Assembly: GCA_965240325.2 (NCBI GenBank)
Contig: OZ251236.1
Location: forward strand, 1,736,001-1,800,000
DNA length: 64,000 nucleotides
Direction: 5' to 3'
Origin: Rebecca billardiae RCC1528
Lineage: Eukaryota; Protista; Haptophyta
The translations under genes were made by a program, and so were the position numbers. This document shows positions 1-13,300 of the stretch, piece by piece (position 1 is the first letter of the stretch; every line of letters starts with the position of its first letter). The notes beneath the pieces were generated by a model. That model was not told the DNA's origin. It worked only from the letters and a program-made list of their open reading frames with translations, and did not search any database.

Positions 1-459
1 CTTGGGCGCCTTGGGCTGCTTGCCCAGAGCCTTGTTGTCGACCTGCTTTGCACCGCCGCCCGACGGCTTCGGCGCCGCCTTCTTCGCCTGCTGCTTCGCG
101 CGGTTGCGCTCCTTCGCCTCGCGCAGCGCGGCCTCGCGCGCCGCCGTGCGCACCTCCGGCTTCTGGTTGCGCTTCGCCTTGATCACGTCGAGGGACGCGC
201 CGACGACCGCCTTGGAGACGCCCTTCTGCACCTTGCGCGAGCGCTTCTTCTGCGTCTCCTCCAGCGTGCCCTTCTTGTGCAACCGGCGGTACATCTGCGT
301 CCACGCGAGCTTGCGCGGGTTCCACCGGTGCTGGAAGTAGCACTTCACCTTGGCAGACACGAACTTGAACGACTTGTTGTCCTGCCGCACGTACGTGATG
401 CCGTGGCCCGGGTAGATGCGCGAGCCGCTGAAGGCGCAGACCTCGGTCTTCACGACCAT
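1..459 (-). CDS. RPL24: 60S ribosomal protein L24 (eL24); 3' end runs off the window
   Basis: My translation of the reverse strand from ATG at 459 gives MVVKTEVCAFSGSRIYPGHGITYVRQDNKSFKFVSAKVKCYFQHRWNPRKLAWTQMYRRLHKKG, carrying the L24e IYPGHG and WT..YRR..KKG signatures. It is absent from the ORF track because there is no stop within the window. Confidence 0.95.
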   Translation of the reverse strand, partial: MVVKTEVCAFSGSRIYPGHGITYVRQDNKSFKFVSAKVKCYFQHRWNPRKLAWTQMYRRLHKKGTLEETQKKRSRKVQKGVSKAVVGASLDVIKAKRNQKPEVRTAAREAALREAKERNRAKQQAKKAAPKPSGGGAKQVDNKALGKQPKAPK

Positions 460-1126
460 CGCGCCCGCCTGTCTGCACGTGCGCGCGCGCGCGGTGGTCG
501 CGCGGCGTGGAGGGGCGCGAGCGCGTGAGCGCCCGCCCACAGCGCGCTGGCCGCCGGAGACCACGGCGTTGCCACCCCACCAGCCAGGCGGCCGCGGCCG
601 AGCCCAATCACCCATGGCTGGCAGCACGAGAGCGCGGCCGCGCGCGGGCACGGAGCGTGCGTGGCATGACGCGGCGTCGTCGGAGCGTGGGCTCCGCGAC
701 GCGTTCGAGCTCCACCACGTGCGCGTGCTCACGCCGCGCCCGCAGGCCACGCCCACGTCCGCGCGCCGCGGCGCCCCGCGGGCAGCGCCAAGCGCCTCAC
801 CTAGTCTGCGCTGTACCAGGTCTGGCGACACGGGGTCACGTATGAGGTCCGGTGGCGTGCTGGTGGCGGTCCGGTGCTGCGGCCCGGAACCTCCGGCCGG
901 GGAGAAAATGCCGCGCGAACTTTAATACTCAAAACTTCATCGCCGCACCGGCAGCAGGTCAAAAAGACAAAAAGCCCGACGACGATTTTCGCAGCGCCTT
1001 GTTTCCGTCGCTCGGCGAAAACGCCATCGTGTCGCAGCCAGAATCCGTTGCAAGATCGATCACAGATCAGCAGGGCGGCAGCCGTGGCGTTGCGCCCTGG
1101 TCGCGCTGCCGAGCGCTGGGCGCAGC

Positions 1127-4100
1127 ATGGGCAGCGAGCAGGACGCGCGGCTCCTGTGGCTGGAGGAGCGGCTGGTGGCGACGCTCCGCGGCGTCAAGCC
1201 CGAGCGCTTCCGCCGGCTGCTCACCACCGACGCCGGCCGCCACATCCATGACTTTGTGCGCAAGGAGGAGACGCGCCGCCTCTTCTTTGTCGACAGCCCG
1301 ATGGCGAAGGATCTGCTCGTGTCCGAGGTGCCTCCGGTGGGCAAGGCGCTCGCGGGCGCGCGCAAGTTCATGTACTTCATCAAGAGCCGCCCCGAGGCGC
1401 TCACGCCCGACAACATGGACCGCGTCGTCGCGTGCGGCGACGTGGGCGGCCCGCCGCTCGAGCACCTGTACAAGATGTGCCAGGACGTCTTCCTGCCCAT
1501 CCTGTCGAACCCGGCGAACCAGGAGGGCTGGCCCGAGGTGATCTCGCGCGAGGTGATGGAGCACTTCCACCGCCTCATCGCCAACATCTACGTCACGATC
1601 GGCCAGTCGCAGGGGCGGACGCTGCTGCCGCTGCCGCCGCTCGACGTGCTCGCGCTCGGCGGGCCCGAGCACTCGGCCGTGCGCGACAAGGAGCGCGTGC
1701 ACGTGCTCGAGACGGCGGTGGTGACGTGGACGCGGCAGATCCGCAACGTGCTCAAGACCGAGCCCGAGCAGGCCCTGCAGGACGGCGAGCACCCCGGCCC
1801 GCTCGCCGAGGTCGAGTTCTGGCAGCAGAAGGCCGCCAACCTGAGCTCGGTCTCCGAGCAGCTGGACGGCGACAAGGTGAAGAAGGTCGTGCGTGTGCTC
1901 GAGCTGACCAAGTCGACGTACTTCCCGGCGTTCACGCGGCTGGCGAAGGAGGTCGCGGTCGCGTGCGCCGAGGCGTCGGACAACGCCAAGTACATGACCG
2001 CGCTCGAGCCGCTGCTCTCGCGCATGCACGGCACCGAGGACTTCCGCGAGCTGTCGGGCCACTTCTGGCCCATCTTCCACGTCCTCATGCTCGTCTGGAA
2101 GCACTCGAAGCACTACAACACGTCGGCGCGGCTGGTGGTGCTGGTGCGCGAGCTGTGCAACGAGCTGATCGACCAGGCCCGCCGCTTCATCTCGCTGCGC
2201 GAGATCTTCGCCATCGACGCCTCCGACGCGGCCGAGCGGTTTGTGGTCGCGCTCGGCGTGTGCGAGCAGCTGCGCGCCGCGTACCTCGAGTACAAGGGGC
2301 GCGTCGCGTCCGAGGTGGCGTCGAACCCGTGGCGCGTGCAGGCGACGGCGCTGTTCCCGCGGCTCGACGCGTTCGTCGAGCGGCTGCGCGACCTGCTCGA
2401 CATGTTCCGCACCGTCGTGCAGTTCGCCAAGCTCGAGCACATCGAGATCGGCGGCAACAAGGGGCGCACGCTCTCCACGTCTGTGTACCAGATCTACGCC
2501 GACTTCACGCGCACGCTCGAGGTGTTCCGCTCGGGGGCGTACGACGTGCTCGACGTGGAGGCGAAGCAGTTCGACGACGAGTACTTCGCCTTCCGCCTCT
2601 CCATCAAGGAGCTCGAGCGCCGCCTCGGCTCCGTCCTCTCGCAGGGCTTCGACGACTGCGTGACGGTGTTTGGCGCGTTCAAGCTGATCGACTCGTTCGA
2701 GGGGCTGCTCGAGCGCGAGTTCATCCAGGCGGACCTCGAGCGGAAGCACCTCGAGCTGATCAAGGCGTACGGCAAGGACCTGCGCGAGGTGTCCGAGATC
2801 TTCAACCGGCAGAAGGACCGCTCCGCCGAGGGCCGCTACCTCGAGCGCGACGGGCCGCCGCTGTACGCCAACATGCCGCCGGTGAGCGGCGCGCTCTACT
2901 GGGCGCGCGGGCTGATCGAGCGGATCGAGGAGCCGATGGGCAAGCTGCGGCAGACGATGCGGCTGGTGCTCGAGTCGGGCGAGGCGAAGGACGTGAACAA
3001 GCAGTACACCGCCGTGCTCACCGCGCTGCGCGACTTCGAGGCCGAGCAGTACGACGCGTGGGCGCGCTCGATCGACGTGGTCGCGTACGAGAAGCTCAAG
3101 CAGCCGCTGCTCTCGCGGCTGCACGACGGCGGCGGCACGCTCACGGTCAACTTCGACCCGGCGCTGGTGTGCCTGCTGCGCGAGGTGTCGTACCTCGTGC
3201 GGCTGGGCTTCCCGATCCCGCGCGCCGCGGACGAGCTGCACAAGTCCTCCGAGACCTTCCGCATCCAGATCGGCAACCTGCAGATGATCACGGCGCGGTA
3301 CAACGGCATGCTGCGCACGATGCTGGACGTCGAGGAGCCGCTGCTGGCGGGCTCGCTCAAGCAGATCGACAAGGTGCTGGAGAAGGGGCTGCACCACCTG
3401 ACGTGGCGCTCGCACCAGATCAACGACTTCATCCGCGAGGTCGTCGTGCTCGTGCGCGAGGCGTCGGACACGCTCGCCACGCTCAAGGCCAACCTCGCGT
3501 CCGTGGGCGAGATCCTGCGCGGCTGGGAGGAGGGCCCGCTGCTGCGGCGCAAGTTTGCAAAGACCTACTCGCCCGACGAGTTCGGCGAGGAGCACGAGGC
3601 GCAGCTGAAGCAGCGGTACGCCGAGATCGCCGAGGGCGGGCGCGAGGTGCACCGCCTGCTCATGGCCTCCAACCGCGTGCTCCGCGTCTCGAAGGGCGCG
3701 CCGATGTGGCGCGCGTACGTTGAGTTCATGAACGAGATCGTGATCGACGGCCTCTCGCGATCGGTCGCCAACTCGCTGCGCACGCTGTGCACGCAGGTGG
3801 ACGCGGAGGAGATCGCGCGCTCGGAGCTGCTGCCGCTGCTCGAGGTGCAGCTCGAGCTCTCCGGCTCGCAGGTCGCCTTCTCGCCGCTGCTCGCGCCCAC
3901 GCCCGCGGCGGGCGCGGCGGGCGCGGCGGCGTCGATCGGCGCGCGCGTGGACGGCTGGGTGCGGTCCTTCTTCCACGTGTGCAAGCTCGTCAAGCGGCTC
4001 GACCGCGCGGAGGGCGACTTCCTCAAGGAGGTGGAGGAGAACGAGGACGTGCGGTACTACACGCACCAGATCCGCCGGCACATCGTCGCCAACGTCTCCG

Positions 4101-4273
4101 AGTGCGAGCGCTTCTGCGCGCCCTTCTCCGCGCACCGCGAGCTGTGGACGCACGACATCGGCGCACAACTGCGAGCATTCCTCGCGCGCGGCGCGGCCGG
4201 CGCCGCCGACGCGGAGGGCGGCGGCGCGCACGCGGCGCGCGGCGGCGGCGGCGCGGAGAGCGGCGCGGGTGGC

Positions 4274-4304
<31 letters not shown>

Positions 4305-7300
4305 CGGAGTCCGACCCCAACTCGGCGCTCTCGGCGCTGCTCAAGGAGCCGTCGGCCGTGGTGCGCGCCAAGCTGCCGACGGTCGCGCGCGCGCGGCGCG
4401 AGCCGTCGCTCGACGACTTCGACGAGCAGGTGGCGCACTACAAGGGGGTGCAGGACGAGGTGATGGCGCTGCCCGGCTCGGCGAACATCGGCTGGCTCCG
4501 CGTCGACGCGAAGCCCGTGAAGCAGTCGCTCAGCACGTGGGTCACCAAGTGGATGTTCGCGTACACGCACCACCTGCAGTCGCGCGTCGTCTCGTCGGTC
4601 GAGGAGCTGCACGCATTCATGAAGGAGGTGAACGGCGGGCTGCGCGAGCCGCCCGAGGCGGGCGACGTGAACGCGCTGGTCCGCGCGATGACGCACGTGC
4701 GCGACGTGCGCGTGTGCACCGAGGAGATCGACGCGATGTTCGAGCCGCTCAAGGCCACCGTCGCCGTCCTCCGCAGGTACGGCATCGCGCTGCCCGACGC
4801 GGTCGCGGAGCAGCTCGAGAGTGCGCCGTTCGTGTGGGAGGACACGAAGAAGCACACGTTCAACGCGCGCGAGGAGCTGGGGCCGGCGCAGTCGCTGCAG
4901 GCGGAGAAGATCCGCGAGGACGCCGACGTCTTCGCCGGCCGGCTGCGCGAGTTCCGCGCCGGCTTCGCGCGCGACGCGCCGTTCGAGTGGCCGTCGGCCG
5001 CGTCCGAGGTGGGCGTGTCCGCGGCGGGCGTGGACGCGCTCGAGGCCGCGTACGGCGCGCTCGACGCGCTGCACGTGGAGATCACGCGGATCGAGGGCGA
5101 GGCGGCGGCGCTGTCGGAGCAGGAGGAGCTCTTCGACCTGGCGGGGCACAGCTGGCGCGACATCGCCACGTGCCGGCACGAGCTCCGCGCGCTCAAGCTC
5201 GTGTGGGACCACGTCTCGCTCGTCGGGCACGCGTTTGTGTCGTGGCGCGGCACGCCGTGGGCGTCCGTCGACGTCGAGCAGATGCTGCGCGAGTGCAAGG
5301 GGCTCGAGCGCGAGCTGCGCGCGCTGCCCAAGCCGACGCGGCAGTGGGGCGTGTACGCCGGGCTGTGGGCGCTGCTCCAGGAGATGATCGTCGCGCTCCC
5401 CCTCGTCCTCGACCTGCGCGACGAGGCGATGCGCGAGCGGCACTGGAAGAAGCTGATGCGCGTGTGCGGCCGCGTGTTTGCGATGGACGCGCGCACGACG
5501 CTCGACGACCTGCTGCGGCTGCAGCTGCACATGTACGCGGAGAGCGTGGCGGAGACGGTGCAGCAGGCGCGCGAGGAGCTCAAGATCGACCGGCAGCTCG
5601 CCAAGACCGAGCTCGTCTGGGCGGAGCTCGCGCTGCAGTACGAGCCGTTCAAGGGCACGGGCGTGCCGGTCGTGCGACACCCGGACGCGGTCTTCGAGGC
5701 GCTGGACGACCACGAGGTGGCGCTGCAGAACACGATGGGCTCGCGCTTCATGGGGTTCTTCGAGACCGAGATCGTCTCGTGGAAGGGCAAGCTCTCCGCC
5801 GTGCGCGCCACCCTCGACGCGTGGCTCGAGGTGCAGCGCGCGTGGTGCTCGCTCGAGTCCATCTTCCTCGGCTCGGAGGACATCCGCGAGACGCTGCCCG
5901 AGGACGCGAAGCGGTTCGATGGCGTGGACACGGAGTTCCGCGAGCAGATGATCGACGCGGTGACGACGCCCAACCCGATCGAGGCGTGCATGCGCGAGGG
6001 CCGCCTCGAGACCTTCGAGAAGTGCCTCGGCGCGCTCGAGCTGTGCACGCGCTCGCTCGGCGAGTACCTCGAGACCAAGCGGCGCAAGTTTGCGCGCTTC
6101 TACTTCCTGTCGAGCGCGGACCTGGTGGAGATCCTGAGCAAGGGGCGGCACCCGCCGGCGGTGCAGGAGCACTTCATCAAGCTCACCGACAACATGGCCG
6201 CGATCCAGTGGCGCGTGGGCGACGACGGCGGGCCGGCGCCCACCGCGCTCGCGATGCGCTCGGCCGAGGGCGAGGTCGTGCAGCTGCGCGCGCCGCTCTC
6301 GTGCGAGGGGCTGCAGGCGGAGGAGTGGCTGGCGAAGCTGGTGGCGCACGCGCAGGCGTCGCTGCGCGAGCAGCTCAAGGCGTGCATCGACGCGTTCGGC
6401 GACACGCCGCGCGAGAAGTGGCTGTACGAGCACTGCGCGCAGCTCTCGGTCGTCGCGTCGCAGGTGTGGTGGACGGCCGACGTCGGCTCGGCGTTCGATC
6501 GGCTCGAGCAGGGCAACGAGGGCGCGCTGAAGGAGTACCTCGGCGCGGCGCAGGCGGCGATGGGCGCGCTGAACGCGGCGATCGGCCGCTCCGACCTCTC
6601 GCGCAACGACCGCACCAAGGTGATCACGCTCATCACCATCGAGGTGCACGCGCGCGACGTGGTGCGCAGGCTGGTCGACGGCCGCGCCGACTCGTCGTCC
6701 GCGTTTGCGTGGCAGTCGCAGCTCAAGTACCGCTGGGACGAGGAGCGGGGCGACTGCCTGGTGAACATCGCGGACGCGGAGCTCGGGTACTCGTACGAGT
6801 ACGTGGGCAACCCCGGGCGCCTCGTCATCACGCCGCTCACCGACCGCTGCTACATCACGCTCACGCAGGCGCTGCGGCTCGTGCTCGGCGGCGCGCCCGC
6901 CGGCCCGGCCGGCACGGGCAAGACAGAGACGGTCAAGGACCTCGGCCGCGGGCTGGCGATCTGGGTGATCGTGCAGAACTGCTCGGACCAGATGACCTCG
7001 CGCGTCACCTCCGCGCTCTTCTCCGGCCTCGCGCAGACCGGCGCGTGGGGCTGCTTCGACGAGTTCAACCGGATCCCGATCGAAGTGCTGTCGGTCGCGG
7101 CCGGGCAGTGGGCGGCCATCCTCGACGCGGTGCGCGCGCGCAGGGAGCGCTTCGCGCTCGACGACGAGGAGCTCAGGCTGGTGCGCACGGTGGGCGCGTT
7201 CATCACGATGAACCCGGGCTACGCCGGCCGCACCGAGCTGCCCGAGAACCTCAAGGCCCTCTTCCGCCCGTGCGCGATGGTCGTGCCCGACTTCTCGTCG

Positions 7301-10300
7301 ATTGTCGAGATCTCGCTCGCCGCCGAGGGCTTTGAGGAGGCGCCGCTGCTCTCGCAGAAGTTCGTCGAGCTGTTCCGGCTGTCGCGCGAGCTGCTCTCGA
7401 AGCAGCAGCACTACGACTGGGGGCTGCGCGCGATGAAGGGCATCCTGCGCATCGCCGGCGGGCTCAAGCGCGAGGATTCCGACAAGTCGGAGGCGCAGGT
7501 GCTGATGCGCGCGCTGCGCGACGTCAACCTGCCCAAGCTGGTGCTCGCCGACCACGCCGTCTTCGTCGGGCTGGTGGAGGACCTGTTCCCGCGCGTGGAG
7601 GCGCCGCCGCGCGACTCGGCGGAGGTGCGCCAGGCGGTGCGCACGCTGCTCGCCGAGCCGAGCTCGCAGCTGCAGCCCGAGGAGGCCTTCGTGCGCAAGT
7701 GCGTCTCGCTCGACGAGATCCTGGGCGTGCGGCACAGCGTGTTCGTCCTCGGGCCCGCCGGCTCGGGCAAGTCGGTCGTGTGGCGCACGCTCAACCACGC
7801 GTACTCGCACCTCGCCGCGCTGTCGACGGCGACGGCGTCGGCGGGCGCGGCGCTCGTCTCGACGGTCAACCCGAAGGCGGTCTCCTCCGACGAGCTCTTC
7901 GGCTACATGCACCCGACGACGCGCGAGCCGATGGACGGCATCGTCGCGCGGCTGATGCGCGAGTACGCGCACCTCGACTCGCCGGTCGCCAAGTGGATCG
8001 TGCTCGACGGCGACATCGACGCGGGGTGGATCGAGTCGATGAACTCGGTGATGGACGACAACAAGGTGCTCACGCTCGTCTCGAACGAGCGCATCCCGCT
8101 CACGCCGTCGATGCGCCTCATCTTCGAGATCTCGCACCTGCGCAACGCGTCGCCCGCGACCGTCTCGCGCGCGGGCGTGCTGTTTCTCAACGAGTCCGAC
8201 ATCGGCTGGCGGCCGTACGTGATGTCGTGGATCGAGGCGCGCGTGCCGAAGCACCCGCCCGCCGTGCTGGAGCAGCTCTTCGAGCAGTTCGCCGTGCCCG
8301 CGCTCGAGCACGTGCGCCGCGAGGGCTGGCAGCACGTGACGCCGCTCACCGAGATTGCGGTCGTGCAGAGCCTGTGCACGCTGCTGCAGGGGCTGCTCGA
8401 GAGGGGGGTCAGGGAGGGCGCGCACGCCTCCGCGCCCGACCGCGAGCTGTACGAGGCGCACTTCCAGTTCGCGACGGTGTGGGCGGTCGGCGGCGCGCTC
8501 GCCTCGGACAAGGGCGCGGACCACCGCCGCGCCTTCTCCGACTGGTGGCAGGCCGAGCTCGACAAGGCCGCGTCGGTGCACTTCCCCGAGGCTGACGGGC
8601 TCGTGTTTGACTACCACGTCGACGTCGCGCAGCGCCGCTTCGTGCACTGGCGCGAGCTGGTGGGCGCGTACACGCACGTGCCCTCCGCGCCGTTCGCGTC
8701 GGTGCTCGTGCCCACCGTCGACACGACGCGCCTCGCCTTCCTCGCCGAGACCCTCCTCCCGCAGCGCAAGCCGATGATGCTGGTGGGCGGCGCAGGCGTT
8801 GCCAAGTCGACCATCCTGGGCGAGGTGCTGCGCGCGCTGCCGGACGACTGCCTCTCGTTCACGCTCAACTTCAACGCGCACACGGACGCGCCGACGCTGC
8901 AGCCGACGCTGGAGCAGCCGCTCGAGAAGAAGACCGGCTCGATCTACGCGCCGCCCGGCACCAAGCGCCTCATCTACTTCATCGACGACTTCAACATGCC
9001 CGCGCCCGACAAGTACGGCACGCAGTCAGCGATCGAGCTGCTGCGGCAGCAGCTCGACTACGGCGGCTTCTACGACCTGCGCAGCCACAAGCTGAAGCAC
9101 GTGCACAACACGCACGTGCTCGCGGCGATGAACCCGGCGGCGGGCTCCTTCCACGTCGCCGACCGCATGCAGCGCCACTTCGCCACCTTCGGCTGCCCCT
9201 TCCCCGAGGGCGGCAGCGTGAGTGCGCTGTACCGCGCCGTGCTCGGCGGCCACCTCGCCGCCTTTCCGGTCGAGATAGGCCGGCTGGCGGAGCCGGTGGT
9301 GACGGCGGCGCTCGCGCTGCACCGCGAGATGGTGGAGGGGTTCCTGCCCACCGCGGCCAACTTCCACTACCAGTGGAGCCTGCGCGAGCTCTCGCGCGTC
9401 TTCGAGGGGCTGTGCCTGAGCGCGCCCGACTACTTCTCGTCAGCGGTGCAGCTCGCGCGCCTCTGGCTGCACGAGTCGCGCCGCGTGTACGGCGACCGGC
9501 TCTCGACGGAGCAGGACCGCTCGCGGTTCGCCGACGTGCTCACGCGCGTGGCCAAGTCGTTCTTCGAGGAGTTCGCGCAGGACGAGCTCCTCCGCGAGCC
9601 GCTCATCTTCGCCTCCTTCGCCGTCGCGTCGGGCGGCGCGGACGAGGGCGGGCTGGCGCGCGCGTACCTGCCCGTCGCCGAGTACGAGAAGCTGCGCAAG
9701 CTGCTCGAGGCGCAGCTGCGCGTGCACAACGAGACGCTGCCGCGGATGGAGCTGGTGCTCTTCGAGGACGCGATGGAGCACGTCTGCCGCATCTCGCGCA
9801 TCCTCGACCGCCCGCGCGGCAACGCGCTCCTCGTCGGCGTCGGCGGCTCGGGCAAGCAGTCGCTCACGCGGCTCGCCGGCTTCATCGGCGGCTTTGAGCT
9901 CGCGCAGATCGCTCTCACGCCCGCGTACGGGCTCGCCGACTTCCGCGCCGACCTGCTCGCGCTGTACGCGCGGACGGGGCTGAAGGGCGAGTCCGTGCTC
10001 TGGCTGCTCACCGACCGGCAGGTCGTCGACGAGCGCATGCTCATGTACCTGAACGACTGCCTGTGCACCGGGTACACGCCGGAGCTGTACCAACAGGAGG
10101 ACCGCGACGCGATCGTCAACGCGGTGCGCAACGAGGTGAAGGCGGCGGGGCTGCTCGACTCGCGGCAGAACTGCTGGGACTTCTTCATCGAGCGCGTGCG
10201 CGCCAACCTCCACCTCGTGCTCTGCTTCTCGCCCATCGGCGACGCGCTGCGCCTCCGCTGCCGCAAGTTCCCCGCGCTGACGGCGTGCTGCGCAATCGAC

Positions 10301-13300
10301 GTGTTCCGCCCGTGGCCGCCCGACGCGCTCATCTCGGTCGCGAGCCGCCACCTCGCCGGCGTGGAGCTCGGCTCGGACGAGATGCGCGAGAACCTGGCGC
10401 ACCACATGGCGTACGTGCACGAGTGCGTCACCGCGCAGGCCGCCGCCTTCCTCGCGCAGGAGCGCCGGCACGCGTACACGACGCCCAAGTCGTTCCTCGA
10501 GCTCATCGAGCTGTACAAGGCGCAGCTCGGGCGCGCGCGCGGCTCCGCCAACGAGCAGATCGACCGGCTCGACCTCGGGCTGGTCAAGCTGCGCGAGTCG
10601 GCGGCGCAGGTGGCGGAGATGCAGGCGCGGCTGCGCGAGGAGCAGGTCGTCGTCGAGTCCAAGAAGGTCGAGACCGAGGGGCTGCTCGAGCAGGTGGGCC
10701 ACGAGTCGCAGGTGGCGGACGAGCAGGCGCAGCTCGCGGAGGCGGAGGAGCGCGAGGTCGCCAAGGTGCAGAACGAGGTGGCGGCGTTCGAGGCGCAGTG
10801 CGCGGCGGACCTCGCGGCGGCGGAGCCCGCGCTCAAGAAGGCGGAGGAGGCGCTCAACGTCCTCGACAAGAAGGCGCTCACCGAGCTCAAGTCGCTGCCC
10901 AACCCGCCGCGCGACGTGCTGGGCGTGTGCCAGGCCGTGCTCTACATGACCGCCAAGCCCAAGACCAACCTGCGCAAGCTGGACATCTCGTGGAACGCGA
11001 TCAAGAAGGGGATGGGCTCGGTGGACTCGTACCTCGCGATGCTGCAGTCCTTCGACCGCGACAACTTCCCGCTCGAGAACAAGGAGATGGTCCGGCGGTA
11101 CACGGGCCCGCCCGACCGGCCCGAGCCGTCGTTCAACGGCGAGTCGATGAAGTCGAAGAGCGTCGCCGCGGCCGGGCTGTGCGAGTGGGTGGTGAACATG
11201 TGCATCTACCACGACATGTACCTCGAGATCGAGCCGAAGCGGCAGATGCTCAAGGAGGCGCAGGACAAGCTCGACGACGCCAACCGCAAGCTCGGCGCCG
11301 TGCGCGCGCAGGTGTCGTCGCTCGAGGAGCGCAAGGCGCGGCTGCAGGACGCGCTCGTCGGCGCGACCGAGGAGAAGAACCGGCTGCTCGAGACGGCGCA
11401 GCGCACGCAGAAGCGGCTCTCGCTCGCCGAGCGGCTGGTGAACGGGCTCAAGGACGAGAACGAGCGGTGGGGCGCGCTCGTCGAGCTGCTCAAGGAGCGC
11501 AAGGCGCTGCTCGTCGGCGACGTGATGGTGGCGTCCTCCTTCATCGCGTACATCGGCCCGTTCGACGAGGCCTTCAGGCGCAACCTCGTGCACAACATGT
11601 GGATCCCCGACGTGCTGGGGCGGGACATCCCGCTCTCCTCGCCGGCGGAGGGCACGGCGTACGACCCCGTCGCCATCCTCGCCGACGACGCGCAGGTCGC
11701 CGCGTGGCGCTCCGAGGGCCTGCCCTCCGACCGGCTCTCGGTCGAGAACGGCGCGATCATCTCGTCGTGCGCGCGCTGGCCGCTGATCGTCGACCCGCAG
11801 CTGCAGGGCGCGGCGTGGATCCGGCGGCACGAGGAGGCGGCGGGGCTCGCCGTCACGCAGCCCACCTCGCGCAACTGCCTCGAGCGCGTGCGCCGCGCGA
11901 TGGAGGACGGCACGCCCGTGCTGCTCGAGAACATTCCCGAGAGCCTCGACCCGATCCTCGAGCCCGTGCTCGCGCGCGCCACGCTCTACAAGGGGCGCAA
12001 GCTCGTCATCATGCTCGGCGACCGCGAGGTGGAGGTGATGACGGTGGGCGCGCGCGCGCGCGCGCAGGCGGCGGCGGCGGCGGCGGCGGCGGCGGACGCC
12101 GAGGCCGACGGCGCCGCCGGCATCAGCGTCGGCGTGGACGCGCGCGCGCCCACGCCCGGCACGCCCGGCACGCCCGGCGGCGGCGGCGCGCTGCTCGGCC
12201 TCGGCGCGGCCGCGTCGCCCGACGCGCCGCTCTTCCGGCTGTACCTGCAGACGAAGCTGCCCAACCCGCACTACTCGCCCGAGATCCAGGCGCAGACCAC
12301 GCTGGTCAACTTCTCCGTCACCGCCGCGGGCCTCGAGGACCAGCTGCTCGCGGTCGTGTCCAACTTTGAGCGCTCGGAGCTGGAGGAGCAGCGCGCGTCT
12401 CTGCTCGAGCAGCAGAACCTCTTCACCATCAAGCTCAAGGAGCTCGAGGACGACCTGCTGTACCGGCTGGCGAACGCGGAGGGCGACGTGCTCGCCGACG
12501 AGGTGCTGATCGGCTCGCTCGAGGCGACCAAGGTCACCGTGCGCGACGTCGAGTCGAAGGTGCTCGAGATGAGGCACGCGTCCGCGCAGATCGACCGCGC
12601 GCGCGAGACCTTCCGGCCCGTCGCGGCGCGCGGCTCGCTCATCTACTTCCTGATCGACGGGCTGAACGTGATCGACTCGATGTACCAGTACTCGCTCGGC
12701 GCGTACATGGCCGTCTTCTACCAGGCGCTGCTGCTCGGCGACAGCGCCGCGCCCGACGGGCTGGACGGCCTGGGCGGCGGCGGCGGCGCGGGCGGCGGCG
12801 GCTCGGCGGGCGCGGACGGCGGCGCCGCCGCGGCGGCGGGCGCGCCCGCGGCGGCGGCGGCGGGTGGCGGCGGCGCGGCCGGCGGGTACGATGGCCCTGG
12901 CGCGGAGCGCGCGCCCGTCGTGCTCACGCCCACCAGCCACGCGCCGCCGCCCGCCGAGCAGCTGCCCGCGCGCGTCGCCCAGCTGCTCGAGGGCGTGACC
13001 TTCCACTCGCACGCACACGTCACGCGCGGCCTCTTTGAGCGGCACCGGCTCATCTTCGCGACCAAGCTCGCGCTCGACGTGCTGAGCGAGCGCGGCGAGC
13101 TGCAGCCGGACGACGTGGAGCTGCTCGTGCGCCCGCCGCGCATCACCGACCGCGTGAACACCGTGGGCGACTGGCTCTCCCCCGGCGCGTGGCACGCCCT
13201 GTGCGGCATGGTGGACGCCAAGCCTGACGTCTTTGGCGCGCTGCCGACCGAGATGGAGGCGTCTTGGAAGCGCTGGAAGGAGTGGTGCGACACGGAGGTG

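Noticed and set aside
473-800. Possible 5' UTR intron of RPL24 (TGCAG acceptor near 473, GTGAG donor near 800)
   Set aside because: Plausible, but non-coding boundaries cannot be fixed without cDNA.
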